From an uncultured Candidatus Saccharibacteria bacterium (lineage in GTDB: Bacteria; Patescibacteriota; Minisyncoccia; UBA9983), in NCBI GenBank assembly GCA_964438405.1, contig CAYTKF010000003.1, forward strand, positions 1 through 58,270: a stretch of DNA of 58,270 bases, in the 5' to 3' direction. How positions within the stretch are numbered: the stretch's first letter is position 1; the number at the start of each line of letters is the position of its first letter. A program made the translations under genes and the position numbers. Shown piece by piece: positions 37,490 to 47,127 of this stretch. The notes under the pieces are model-generated. The model was given only the letters and a program-made list of their open reading frames with translations. It searched no databases and was not told where the DNA came from.

Positions 37490-37696
37490 ATGTCAACAGC
37501 AGAAGCACAAATATTACAAAAAGAAATAAAACTTTTGAGACAAGAAGTTTTTGAAATAAAAGAGGCTTTTTGCGGCTGTTTGAAAGACAAAGAAGGAATT
37601 TATAAAAAAGGTTTTGTAAAAGAAATTTTGTCTCTTGCGAGAAGAAAACCTGTTTACCGTTACAACAAAAAAGATTTTTTAAAAAGAATCAGTTAA
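37490..37696 (+). CDS. Putative antitoxin of the downstream RelE-like toxin
   Basis: 68-aa charged protein 3 nt upstream of the toxin, with its own TGnTATTAT promoter. Confidence 0.6.
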   Translation: MSTAEAQILQKEIKLLRQEVFEIKEAFCGCLKDKEGIYKKGFVKEILSLARRKPVYRYNKKDFLKRIS

Positions 37697-37699
37697 TTT

Positions 37700-37969
37700 A
37701 TGAAATGGGTTGTTTTTTACGGTTCAGGATTTGAATCTTCTGCAAGAAAACTGGAAAAGAAATTAAAAAACCAGCTCGTAAAACAAATTGATTTTTTAGA
37801 ATCAGACCCGTTTCATTCCAAACTGCACACAAAACCATTAACAGGTGAATTGAGTGGATTTTATTCTTTTCGTATCGGCAGAGATTATCGCGTAATTTTC
37901 TTTTTTAAAGAAAAAGCTGAAATTCATCTTGTTAAAGTTGCCAAAAGAGATGAAATTTATAATAGATAA
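37700..37969 (+). CDS. RelE/ParE-family type II toxin
   Basis: DPFHSKLHTKPLTGELSGFYSFRIGRDYRVIF motif. Confidence 0.85.
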   Translation: MKWVVFYGSGFESSARKLEKKLKNQLVKQIDFLESDPFHSKLHTKPLTGELSGFYSFRIGRDYRVIFFFKEKAEIHLVKVAKRDEIYNR

Positions 37970-37972
37970 AAT

Positions 37973-38869
37973 ATGACCTTATATACGCAACAAGGAAAAA
38001 ATATTCGCCGAACCTGGCTCTTGATGAGCTTGTTTTTGATTATCATTATCGGCGTGGGCTGGGTCTTTTCGCAGGCCTATGGCAATCCGGCAATTTTGTA
38101 TTTTGCAATTATTTTTAGTTTGATTATGAATTTTGCAAGCTATTGGTATTCTGATAAAATTGCGCTTTCAATGGCCGGCGCAAAACCAGTTGAACATAAC
38201 GAAATGCCGGAGCTTTATCATGTTGTGGAAAATCTTTGCATCACAGCCGGTTTAAAAACGCCAAGAATTTATGTCATCAACGACCCCTCGCCCAATGCTT
38301 TTGCAACAGGCAGAAATCAGGATAATGCGGTTGTGGCTGTTACAACAGGCCTACTTGAAAGATTAAACAAAACAGAACTTGAAGGCGTGATTAGCCACGA
38401 ACTTTCGCATATCGGCAACCGCGACATTTTGATTTCCACTATTGTAGTTATTTTGGTTGGTTTCATTGCCATGCTTTCTGATTTATTTTTGAGAATGTCG
38501 TTTTTTGGAGGCAGAAGCAGAGATAATGACAGCCGTGCTGGTGCGATTATGATGATTTTGGGTATTGTAACAGCCATTCTTGCGCCCATTGCCGCAACGC
38601 TTATTCAGTTGGCTGTTTCAAGAAAGCGCGAATTTTTAGCTGACACAGATGGCGCGCTTTTAACGCGCTATCCCGAAGGCCTTGCCTCTGCATTGGAAAA
38701 AATTTCAAGTTATCCTGTTTCTGTTAAACGAGCAAACAATTCAACATCACATCTTTATATAGACAATCCGTTTAAGGGCAAACACGCAACATCGTGGATA
38801 GTAAAATTATTTTCCACTCATCCGCCAATTGAGGAGAGAATTAAGGCCCTAAGAGAAACGCATATTTGA
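37973..38869 (+). CDS. htpX: Zinc metalloprotease HtpX
   Basis: PNAFATGR, VISHELSH, SRKREFLAD, FSTHPP..ERI. Confidence 0.95.
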   Translation: MTLYTQQGKNIRRTWLLMSLFLIIIIGVGWVFSQAYGNPAILYFAIIFSLIMNFASYWYSDKIALSMAGAKPVEHNEMPELYHVVENLCITAGLKTPRIYVINDPSPNAFATGRNQDNAVVAVTTGLLERLNKTELEGVISHELSHIGNRDILISTIVVILVGFIAMLSDLFLRMSFFGGRSRDNDSRAGAIMMILGIVTAILAPIAATLIQLAVSRKREFLADTDGALLTRYPEGLASALEKISSYPVSVKRANNSTSHLYIDNPFKGKHATSWIVKLFSTHPPIEERIKALRETHI

Positions 38870-38936
38870 TTTATTTATTTGTATATTTATTTAGAGAAAG
38901 AGTTAAATTAAAAATTATAAGGAAGTAAACATATAG

Positions 38937-39869
38937 ATGCCTAGAAATTTTAACCCAGAAAATCTACCATCTCCCGAACTTACTCATGAAGGAATTATGC
39001 TCACCAGCGGCCGTGTCCGCCGAGCTAAAGAGGGCAGAGAACATCGTTGCGAAGACGATATATTAGCTTTTGATTCTGGTGACGTAGTCCAAGCAGTTTA
39101 CGGTGTGTTTGATGGCGTGGGGGGCCACTTTTATGGACAGGAGGCTGCTGAAACCGCAAAAAAGATTTTAAAGTTATATCTTGAACAACATCATCGCGGG
39201 ACTACTAAAAATATCTCCCAAAGGGACCCTAAGAAAATCGGGGCTGATCTTAGAGACTGTTTACTTGAAGCAAATGATAGACTTTTTAGATGGGGCGAAA
39301 AACTCCAAATAGAAAAAGCCGGGCCTAGCACCACTGCTACTGTTTTGATGTTTACCCAAAGTAAGGAAAAGGGATTAGTTGCTGTGATCGCCCATGTTGG
39401 GGATAGCCGGGTTTACCTTTTTCGCGGAGGCAAACTGGAATGTTTAACTCTCGATGATAACCCGCTCATCAAACAAAGTGCTAACCCCAAAGAAACACAG
39501 ATCCAATTAAGCAATACCCACGATCACGCTCTACTATACAGACGAAATGAATTAAGTAAGGCACTTGGATTTGGAAAATATCTTGAACCCCAGATTCTTG
39601 AAACCCTGGCGCAAAAAGGCGATTTATTTCTGATTACTACCGATGGAATTACTGATAATCTAACGGACGAAGAAATCGAGAGGACATTAGAAGAGGCTTT
39701 TGGAACCATGGCCGCCCCCCAAGAAAAAGATTTAGATTTCAAAGACCTTATTAGTAGTAGTGCTAAATTGTTGTATGAGAAGGCTTTGGAAATCAGCCGC
39801 AAAAATCGAGAGGAAGAGGCCCGCGTTCACCCAGACGATATGACTGCGATTATCGTAAAAGTAGAATAA
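38937..39869 (+). CDS. PP2C/PPM-family Ser/Thr phosphatase
   Basis: CEDD, VFDGVGGH, STTAT, HVGDSRVY, TTDGITD, DDMTAI. Confidence 0.9.
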   Translation: MPRNFNPENLPSPELTHEGIMLTSGRVRRAKEGREHRCEDDILAFDSGDVVQAVYGVFDGVGGHFYGQEAAETAKKILKLYLEQHHRGTTKNISQRDPKKIGADLRDCLLEANDRLFRWGEKLQIEKAGPSTTATVLMFTQSKEKGLVAVIAHVGDSRVYLFRGGKLECLTLDDNPLIKQSANPKETQIQLSNTHDHALLYRRNELSKALGFGKYLEPQILETLAQKGDLFLITTDGITDNLTDEEIERTLEEAFGTMAAPQEKDLDFKDLISSSAKLLYEKALEISRKNREEEARVHPDDMTAIIVKVE

Positions 39870-39902
39870 AGATATTAAGGGGAACGAGTTTGTAAATTTA
39901 AT

Positions 39903-40517
39903 ATGACTGCTTTACAAAAAATTAAAAAACTGGAAAAAGAGATTAAAAAACTGCGCGAGCTGGCATATAAAGACGAGCTGACCAAGCTTTACAATAGGCA
40001 TGGCTTTAAAGAAGAGTCAGAAAAGATTATTTCTCAGGTGTCGGCCTTTTTAAAACACGGCGATAAAAGAAAATCTTTGATAATAAAAGATTTTAGTTTG
40101 ATAATTTTTGACATAGACAATTTTAAAAAACTTAACGATACTTACGGCCATCAGGCGGGCGACGAGGCCTTAAAATTTTTTAGCGGATTAATATTGGACC
40201 GTGTAAGAGGCATTGATGCTGTGGCCCGTTGGGGCGGGGAAGAAATTGTAGTGGGTCTGGCCGGAGCCAACGAAGATGACGCATATAAAATCGCCGATGA
40301 TATCCGCGGAAAGCTGGAAAGAAACAGTTTTGTTTATAAAAATAAAAAAATAAATTTTACAGTTAGCGGTGGCGTGACAAGTTTAAATAAGACAAAAGAT
40401 TTTGAGAATATGTTTCGTTGCGCTGACAAAGCCTTGTATAAAGCCAAAAAAACAGGTAAAAATAAGATAGTAAAAGGAAGCGTCGCATTGCGCCTCAACG
40501 GCGCACTTGTGCGGTAA
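39903..40517 (+). CDS. GGDEF diguanylate cyclase
   Basis: DELTKLYNR, FDIDNFKKLNDTYGH, RxxD I-site, RWGGEE, ADKALYKAK. Confidence 0.92.
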   Translation: MTALQKIKKLEKEIKKLRELAYKDELTKLYNRHGFKEESEKIISQVSAFLKHGDKRKSLIIKDFSLIIFDIDNFKKLNDTYGHQAGDEALKFFSGLILDRVRGIDAVARWGGEEIVVGLAGANEDDAYKIADDIRGKLERNSFVYKNKKINFTVSGGVTSLNKTKDFENMFRCADKALYKAKKTGKNKIVKGSVALRLNGALVR

Positions 40518-40818
40518 TGAGGTGCATCCGCCGATGAGGCGGAAGTAATAATATAATTAATGTTTTACTTTTATGTGTTAAAATTTAAAAAGAATGGTAA
40601 ATTATATTATGGTTTTACAAATAATTTGAAACGTAGAATTAGAGACCATAATAGTGGTCAGTCTGATTTTTCTTCAAGAAACGGTAAATTTGATTTGATA
40701 TTTTATGAAGCTTATATCAATAAAAATGATGCAATGGCCGCAGAAAAATATTTTAAAAGTGGACACGGGAGAGAAGTATTAAGAGGAAAATTGAAAAATT
40801 ATTTTGGAAGCGTCGCAT
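40476..40818 (+). mobile_element. GIY-YIG insertion unit that duplicated the 5' end of tRNA-Ser
   Basis: GGAAGCGTCGCAT at 40476-88 and 40806-18 (330 bp apart); REP hairpins at 40489-505 and 40526-44; nuclease gene in between. Confidence 0.75.
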
Positions 40819-40820
40819 AG
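40560..40820 (+). CDS. GIY-YIG nuclease family protein
   Basis: FYFYVL...LYYGFT..LKRRIRDHN...YEAY...AEKYFK; stop codon lies in the tRNA D-arm. Confidence 0.9.
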   Translation: MFYFYVLKFKKNGKLYYGFTNNLKRRIRDHNSGQSDFSSRNGKFDLIFYEAYINKNDAMAAEKYFKSGHGREVLRGKLKNYFGSVA

Positions 40821-40890
40821 TGGCCTAGTGCGCCCGCTTGGAAAGCGGGTATGCCGAAAGGCATCGTGAGTTCGAATCTCACCGCTTCCG
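40806..40890 (+). tRNA. tRNA-Ser(GGA)
   Basis: Acceptor GGAAGCG/CGCTTCC, CCCGC-TTGGAAA-GCGGG, long variable arm, TTCGAAT T-loop. Confidence 0.95.
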
Positions 40891-40894
40891 ATTG

Positions 40895-41488
40895 ATGCAA
40901 TTTCTTGTTAATTTTTTTGTAGGGATTATTGATAAGGTTGGCTATGCCGGCGTTTGTTTTTTAATGGTTCTGGAGAGTATGATTTTTCCTGTACCATCTG
41001 AGGCGGTTATGCCCTTTGCCGGATTTTTGTGGCAGGCCGGACGTTTTTCTTTTTGGCCTGTTTTAATTTGGAGTTTGGTCGGCGCCTTAATTGGTTCCCT
41101 TATTTCTTACTTTGTTGGTTTTTACGGAGGCCGTCCGTTTGTGGCAAGATTCGGCAAGTATTTTCTGCTTAACGAACATCATTTGGAAATGACGGAAAAT
41201 TTTTTCAATAAGCATGGTGAAGTGAGCGTTTTTTTATGTCGTTTGATTCCAGTTGTCAGGCATTTTATTTCTATTCCTGCCGGAGCAGGCAGAATGAAAT
41301 TATGGAAGTTTATTTTTTATACTTTAATTGGCGCGGCATTATGGCACACCATTTTAATTTTTACTGGCTATTATCTTGGCCAGAATTGGGAGTTAATCCA
41401 AAAATATTTTGACATAATAAACATCGCAGTGGTGATTGCAATTGTCTGTGTTATAATATTTTTATATGGCAGAAGAAATAAAGTTTAA
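40895..41488 (+). CDS. DedA family membrane protein
   Basis: LESMIFPVPSE, FFNKHG, CRLIPVVRHFISIPAG. Start reset to MQFL, after the tRNA. Confidence 0.92.
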   Translation: MQFLVNFFVGIIDKVGYAGVCFLMVLESMIFPVPSEAVMPFAGFLWQAGRFSFWPVLIWSLVGALIGSLISYFVGFYGGRPFVARFGKYFLLNEHHLEMTENFFNKHGEVSVFLCRLIPVVRHFISIPAGAGRMKLWKFIFYTLIGAALWHTILIFTGYYLGQNWELIQKYFDIINIAVVIAIVCVIIFLYGRRNKV

Positions 41489-41837
41489 TTCAACACAGGA
41501 AGAAATTGATGCCTTGAGGCGGATGATTAACGAAAGGCCTGATTTTGCCAGAGAGATTTTAAAAGAGCACATCCAGAAAAGGCCGGAGGAAGTTTTGGGC
41601 GAAGAACATAAGTTGTCTTCTGAGGAGATAAAGGCAAACGCAGAAAAAATTTCTGAATTGTCTTTGGAAAAAGCAGAAGAGCCGCATCAGAGACAAGTTT
41701 TACAGCTTTTACAATTGGTAGAAGATAAGGGAGTTTTAAACGCTGTCTCCGTGGTCAAAAAAATAGATGACCCGCATTTGGAAGACGATTTTCACGACGC
41801 CTTAATAAAATTTTTACAAGGCATTAAAAATACTTGA
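41466..41837 (+). CDS. Hypothetical protein
   Basis: 123-aa acidic helical ORF overlapping both neighbours; ends DPHLEDDFHDAL. Confidence 0.7.
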   Translation: MAEEIKFNSTQEEIDALRRMINERPDFAREILKEHIQKRPEEVLGEEHKLSSEEIKANAEKISELSLEKAEEPHQRQVLQLLQLVEDKGVLNAVSVVKKIDDPHLEDDFHDALIKFLQGIKNT

Positions 41838-44242
41838 TGTATCAATTTTTCTTTTATTTCTATTTTGTTCTGATTATTTTGGTTATAGCTCTGCCGGCCG
41901 GAATAGTTTTTTATTTTATCCACAGAAATCAGAAAAGAGTTCGGGCGGCCCTCAATCTTGTTTTATATGAAATAACCCTGCCTCTTGAAAAACCCAAAGA
42001 GGCGGAAAAAGAACTTAAACAGATTATCGCGCCCATGGAGCAGTTTTATCAGAGCATGGTTGCAAAAAATTCTTATTTTGTTCTGGAGGTGGGTTTGCCG
42101 GCCAGGGGTGATGAGGTGGTCTTTTATTCCGCGGTGGACAAAAAGCAGGCGCATATTTTTGAAAAAACTATTCAGGGACTTTTTCCTTATGCCCACGTTA
42201 AAATTAAAGAAGATGATTATAATATTTTTAAACCCCAGGGCTATTCTTTGGGCTCAACGGCCAAGCTGAAAAAACAGGAAATTCTTCCCATAAAAACATA
42301 CGACAAATTTCAGTCAGACCCGCTTCAGGTGATTATAAATATTTTTTCTAAACTGCAGGAGGATGGCGAGGGCGCTGCTTTGCAGATAGTAGTTTCTTCT
42401 GCCGGCAACGAAGTAAATAATATGGCAAAAGCCACGGCCTCGGGAGTTAAGCAGGGAAAATCTTTGGGTTCGGCCCTGAAAAAAGACAGCAGTTTGTCCG
42501 GAGAATTTGCGAAAGAAATGGGATTTTTGATTACCGGAGGCACTGACCAAAAAAAGAAAGATGATATTAAACCCAAACCGGCTGATGAAAACTTGGTTAA
42601 TCTTCTGGAAATGAAAGCTTCCCGCCAGATGATGAATATTAATCTGCGCCTCGTTGCCTCTTCGGAAACAAAAGAAAAAGCAAAGTCAATATTAAGGGAA
42701 TTGGAAAGCGCCTTTTTGCAGTTTGAAGACAGCCAAGGGAACGGATTCCAGTTTTTAAAATTAAATGACAAAAAACTTAAAGATTTATTTTATAAATTTT
42801 CTTTTAGAATGCCTGATAAAAATTACAGTATGCTTCTAAATACAGCTGAACTGGCAACACTTTTTCATCTGCCAATGGGAATTGCCCCGTCTGCCGCGCC
42901 CCAGCTTAAATATCTCAAAACCAAGGAAGCGCCGCCGCCGTTGAATTTGCCGAAATCAGGCCTCTTAATCGGTAAAAATTCCTATCGAGGAGAATTAACG
43001 AATATTTTTATAAAAGAAGAAGACCGGCGCAGACATTTTTATGTTATTGGTCAGACAGGCACAGGCAAAACAAATCTTTTAAAAAATATGATTGTGCAGG
43101 ACATTGAGGCAGGCAAGGGAGTTTGTTTTATTGACCCGCATGGTTCTGATGTTCAGGAAATTTTGGCAAGAATTCCTCAAAACCGCGCCGAAGATGTAAT
43201 TTATTTTAATCCCGGAGATGTCGCAAGACCAATGGGTTTGAATATGCTTGAGTATGACCCGCGATACCCGGAGCAAAAAACTTTTATTGTCAACGAACTG
43301 CTTGGAATTTTCAACAAACTTTTTGACATGAAAGTTGCCGGCGGTCCGATGTTTGAGCAGTATTTTAGAAACGCCACCATGCTGGTTATGGACGATCCCT
43401 CTTCCGGCAACACGCTTTTTGAAGTCAGCCGAGTCTTCAGCGACAAGACTTTCCGCGATTTAAAACTTTCTAAGTCAAACAATCCAATAGTCCGAAGTTT
43501 CTGGCGTGATGTGGCAGAAAAGGCGGGCGGTGAGGCGGCTCTGGCAAATATGGTGCCTTACATCACCAGCAAGTTTGATAATTTTTTAAGCAATGACATC
43601 ATGCGCCCCATTATCGGCCAGGAAAAATCTTCGTTTAATTTTCGCCAGGCAATGGACGAGCAGAAAATTCTTCTCATAAATTTGAGCAAGGGACGGCTGG
43701 GCGATATCAATTCCAGTCTGCTCGGTTTAATTTTGGTCGGCAAACTTCTTATGGCAGCGCTTTCGCGCGTAGATATGCTGGAGCAGGACAGAAAAGATTT
43801 TTATTTGTACATTGATGAGTTTCAAAATGTAACCACTGATTCTATTTCCACAATTCTATCTGAGGCGCGCAAATACAAACTTGATTTGATAATAGCGCAC
43901 CAATACATTGGCCAGCTTGAAGAGGGGATTAAAAAAGCAGTCTTTGGCAATGCCGGCTCTATTGCCAGCTTCAGAATTGGTTCTGAAGATGGGGAGTTTT
44001 TGGAAAAGCAGTTTGAACCAGTTTTTAATTCCTATGATCTCATAAATATTGATAACTTCAACGCCTGTTTGAAATTGCTTATTGACGGTCAGCCTGCAAG
44101 GCCGTTTAGTGTAAAAATTATAGCGTTTACAAGGGGCAATCCGCAGATCGGCGATGATATTGCCAAGATTTCTTCATTTAAATACGGCCGTGTTCGTGAA
44201 GAAGTGGAAGCGGAAATCTCCAAAAAGTACGGAGTTTCATAG
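41834..44242 (+). CDS. VirD4/TraD/HerA-like coupling ATPase (DUF87-type)
   Basis: N-terminal TM, DRRRHFYVIGQTGTGKT, FIDPHG, YLYIDEFQN, LSEARKY, IAHQY. Confidence 0.88.
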   Translation: MMYQFFFYFYFVLIILVIALPAGIVFYFIHRNQKRVRAALNLVLYEITLPLEKPKEAEKELKQIIAPMEQFYQSMVAKNSYFVLEVGLPARGDEVVFYSAVDKKQAHIFEKTIQGLFPYAHVKIKEDDYNIFKPQGYSLGSTAKLKKQEILPIKTYDKFQSDPLQVIINIFSKLQEDGEGAALQIVVSSAGNEVNNMAKATASGVKQGKSLGSALKKDSSLSGEFAKEMGFLITGGTDQKKKDDIKPKPADENLVNLLEMKASRQMMNINLRLVASSETKEKAKSILRELESAFLQFEDSQGNGFQFLKLNDKKLKDLFYKFSFRMPDKNYSMLLNTAELATLFHLPMGIAPSAAPQLKYLKTKEAPPPLNLPKSGLLIGKNSYRGELTNIFIKEEDRRRHFYVIGQTGTGKTNLLKNMIVQDIEAGKGVCFIDPHGSDVQEILARIPQNRAEDVIYFNPGDVARPMGLNMLEYDPRYPEQKTFIVNELLGIFNKLFDMKVAGGPMFEQYFRNATMLVMDDPSSGNTLFEVSRVFSDKTFRDLKLSKSNNPIVRSFWRDVAEKAGGEAALANMVPYITSKFDNFLSNDIMRPIIGQEKSSFNFRQAMDEQKILLINLSKGRLGDINSSLLGLILVGKLLMAALSRVDMLEQDRKDFYLYIDEFQNVTTDSISTILSEARKYKLDLIIAHQYIGQLEEGIKKAVFGNAGSIASFRIGSEDGEFLEKQFEPVFNSYDLINIDNFNACLKLLIDGQPARPFSVKIIAFTRGNPQIGDDIAKISSFKYGRVREEVEAEISKKYGVS

Positions 44243-44252
44243 AATTTTTTAC

Positions 44253-44261
44253 TTATCCACA
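44253..44261 (+). promoter_or_regulatory. DnaA-box consensus upstream of nrdD
   Basis: TTATCCACA in the short intergenic region. Confidence 0.5.
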
Positions 44262-44318
44262 AAAAATTTCTCGTTTTTTAAAACGTAAGGTATCATTAAG
44301 TTGTTTTAATATTTACTT

Positions 44319-46460
44319 ATGCCAAAGATAAGGTCAAAATCAATAAAGATTGTAAAAAAAGTAGAAAAAAGAGACGGGAGGATAGCAGATTTTGACCAGC
44401 AGAAGGTCTATTCTGCCATTCACAAGGCTTTAACTGCCTCTAATCAGGGTAACGGCAAACATTCCAAAATTTTAACCGAAAGGGTAAAAAATCTTATAAA
44501 TAAACGCTTTCGCAGGGAAGAGGTTATTAAGGTTGAAGATATACAGGACATTGTAGAAGAGGTTTTGATTCTTGAGGGTTATGTGGAAACAGCCAAGTCC
44601 TATATTCTTTACCGTGAACAGCACCGCAGGATTCGCGAGGCCAAGACATCCATTGACGAGAGCCTGGAAATGGTGGACAAATACATCGACGATTCTGACT
44701 GGCAAATTAGGGAAAACGCCAATATGGGTTATTCTTTGCAGGGTTTGCATCAGTACATTGTTTCCGCGGTCAGTAAAAAATATTGGCTGAATAAAATCTA
44801 TTCCAAAGAAATTAGAGAGGTGGTCAATACCGGCGCCTTCCATATTCACGACTTGGATTTTCTCGGCCCTTATTGTTGCGGCTGGGATTTATTTGATTTA
44901 TTGGTCAGGGGATTCGGCGGAGTAAGGGGAAAGGTGGAATCAAAACCAGCCAAGCATTTTCAGTCCGCCCTAAGCCAGCTGGTAAATTTTTTTTATACCT
45001 TGCAGGGCGAAGTGGCAGGAGCCAATGCCATTTCCAATTTTGACACGCTCTTGGCGCCGTTCATACGATATGACAATCTTACTTACCAGCAGATTAAACA
45101 GGCAATGCAGCAATTTATTTTTAACTGCGCCATTCCCACACGCGTGGGCTTCCAGACGCCGTTTTTAAATGTCACTTTGGACATCAAACCTCCTAAACAT
45201 CTGGCAACACAGTCGGTTATTCTCGGCGGACAGCCGCAGAAAGAAACCTATGGCGAATTTCAGGAAGAAATGAATCTTTTTAACCGCGCCTTTACAGAGG
45301 TGATGACAGAGGGAGATGCCAAGGGCAGAGTATTCACTTTTCCCATCCCGACCATTAACATCACGGAAGATTTTGAATGGGATAATCCGTCCCTGCATGG
45401 TATCTGGGAAATGACAGCCAAATACGGAGTGCCGTATTTTGCCAATTTTATCAATTCCGAGATGAGTCCGGACGACGCCCGTTCCATGTGCTGCCGTCTG
45501 CGTCTGGACAACCGCGAACTTTACAAGCGCGGAGGCGGATTATTCGGTTCAGCGCCGTTAACCGGCTCCATCGGCGTTGTCACCATCAATTTGCCCCAGA
45601 TCGGCTATCTTTCCAAAACAAAAAAAGATTTCTTTGACCGGCTCGGCCGTCTCATGGATTTGGCAAAAGAAAGTCTGGAGATAAAAAGAAACACAGTGGA
45701 GATTTTTACGGAAAAAGGGCTTTATCCTTATTCCAAGTATTATCTTGAGGCGGTAAAAAGAATGCGCAACGCCTATTGGGGAAATCATTTTTCCACCATC
45801 GGCCTGGTGGGAATGAACGAGGCCCTGCTGAATTTTATAGATAAAAATATTACCGCGTCGGCCGGCCAGAAATTTGCCAAAGAGATTTTGGATTTTATGC
45901 GCCAGCGCCTAATTAAATATCAGGAAGAAACCGGCAGTCTCTATAATCTTGAAGCAACGCCGGCAGAGGGAACCGCATATCGTCTAGCCAAAAAAGACAA
46001 GGAGAATTATCCGGATATCATCACTGCGGGAGATAAAGAGCCGTATTACACCAATTCCACTCATTTGCCCGTTGGCCATACAGATGATTTGTTTGAGGCC
46101 TTAGAGCTTCAGGATGACTTGCAGACAATGTATACAGGCGGGACAGTGCTTCACGGATTTTTGGGAGAAAAAATCAGCGATCCGGAAATGATAAAATTGC
46201 TCCTGAAGAAAATTTTTACCAACTACGAGCTTCCGTATTTTACTTTTACTCCCACTTTCAGTATCTGTCCCAACCATGGATACATTTCAGGCGAGCATTT
46301 TAACTGTCCGCATTGCCTCATACCCCAGCCATGCGAGGTCTACTCGCGCATAGTCGGTTATATCAGACCTGTTCAGCAGTGGCACGTCGGCAAACAGGAA
46401 GAATTTAAAGACAGAAAAACTTATGTTATTGGGGGGACTTCAAAAACTGACTCTCATTGA
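44319..46460 (+). CDS. nrdD: Anaerobic (class III) ribonucleoside-triphosphate reductase
   Basis: N-terminal ATP cone (KRDGR..FD), HIHDL, YCCG, SMCCRL, CPNHG/CPHC, glycyl-radical motif YSRIVGY. Confidence 0.95.
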   Translation: MPKIRSKSIKIVKKVEKRDGRIADFDQQKVYSAIHKALTASNQGNGKHSKILTERVKNLINKRFRREEVIKVEDIQDIVEEVLILEGYVETAKSYILYREQHRRIREAKTSIDESLEMVDKYIDDSDWQIRENANMGYSLQGLHQYIVSAVSKKYWLNKIYSKEIREVVNTGAFHIHDLDFLGPYCCGWDLFDLLVRGFGGVRGKVESKPAKHFQSALSQLVNFFYTLQGEVAGANAISNFDTLLAPFIRYDNLTYQQIKQAMQQFIFNCAIPTRVGFQTPFLNVTLDIKPPKHLATQSVILGGQPQKETYGEFQEEMNLFNRAFTEVMTEGDAKGRVFTFPIPTINITEDFEWDNPSLHGIWEMTAKYGVPYFANFINSEMSPDDARSMCCRLRLDNRELYKRGGGLFGSAPLTGSIGVVTINLPQIGYLSKTKKDFFDRLGRLMDLAKESLEIKRNTVEIFTEKGLYPYSKYYLEAVKRMRNAYWGNHFSTIGLVGMNEALLNFIDKNITASAGQKFAKEILDFMRQRLIKYQEETGSLYNLEATPAEGTAYRLAKKDKENYPDIITAGDKEPYYTNSTHLPVGHTDDLFEALELQDDLQTMYTGGTVLHGFLGEKISDPEMIKLLLKKIFTNYELPYFTFTPTFSICPNHGYISGEHFNCPHCLIPQPCEVYSRIVGYIRPVQQWHVGKQEEFKDRKTYVIGGTSKTDSH

Positions 46461-47127
46461 TTATCCAGGAGAAATGGCAGCCACGGTTTTTACCATTGGC
46501 TGTAATTTTTTGTGCGGTTTTTGTCATAATTCCGAACTGGTTGATGCGGAAAAAATAAAGGTTCAACCAAGAATAAAAGAAGAAGATTTTTTTAAATTTT
46601 TGAAAGGCAGAGTTGGCATTTTAGAAGGTGTGTGCATAACGGGCGGGGAGCCGACATTACAGCCGGATTTAGCCGATTTTTTATTAAAAATAAAAAATCT
46701 AGGCTTTGATACAAAATTGGACACAAACGGCACAAGACCGGAAGTTATAGAAGAGCTGCTCAAAAAAGATGTTCTGGATTATATTGCCATGGATATCAAA
46801 GCCCCGCTCACCCAAGAAAAATACGAAAAAATTACCGGTGTAAAAATAGATATAGAAAAAATAAAACAAAGTGTTGAAATTATAAAAAAATCCGGCCTGC
46901 GATATGAATTTCGGACAACTGTTTTACCAACGCTTCATAGCAAAGAAAATATAATAGAAATCGCCAAGGCGCTGGCGCCGGCAAATTATTATTTTCTACA
47001 GCAATTCCGGCAGGGTAAAACATTATCACCTGCGTTTGAAAAAGAAAAATCATATTCCAAAAAAGAGCTGGAAGAAATCCAGCAAGCTGTTTCAGAATAT
47101 TTTGTAAAGTGTATAATTAGAGAATGA
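46423..47127 (+). CDS. nrdG: Anaerobic RNR activating enzyme (radical SAM)
   Basis: LIDYPG, GCNFLCGFCHN, TGGEPT, KLDTNG, EFRTT. Confidence 0.93.
   Translation: MLLGGLQKLTLIDYPGEMAATVFTIGCNFLCGFCHNSELVDAEKIKVQPRIKEEDFFKFLKGRVGILEGVCITGGEPTLQPDLADFLLKIKNLGFDTKLDTNGTRPEVIEELLKKDVLDYIAMDIKAPLTQEKYEKITGVKIDIEKIKQSVEIIKKSGLRYEFRTTVLPTLHSKENIIEIAKALAPANYYFLQQFRQGKTLSPAFEKEKSYSKKELEEIQQAVSEYFVKCIIRE

Noticed and set aside
40838-40894. N-terminal extension of DedA
   Set aside because: It overlaps tRNA-Ser; the ATG at 40895 gives a normal DedA.
41834-44242. Integrative conjugative element or prophage
   Set aside because: No integrase, relaxase, VirB4/VirB6 or phage structural genes, and the flanks are housekeeping genes.
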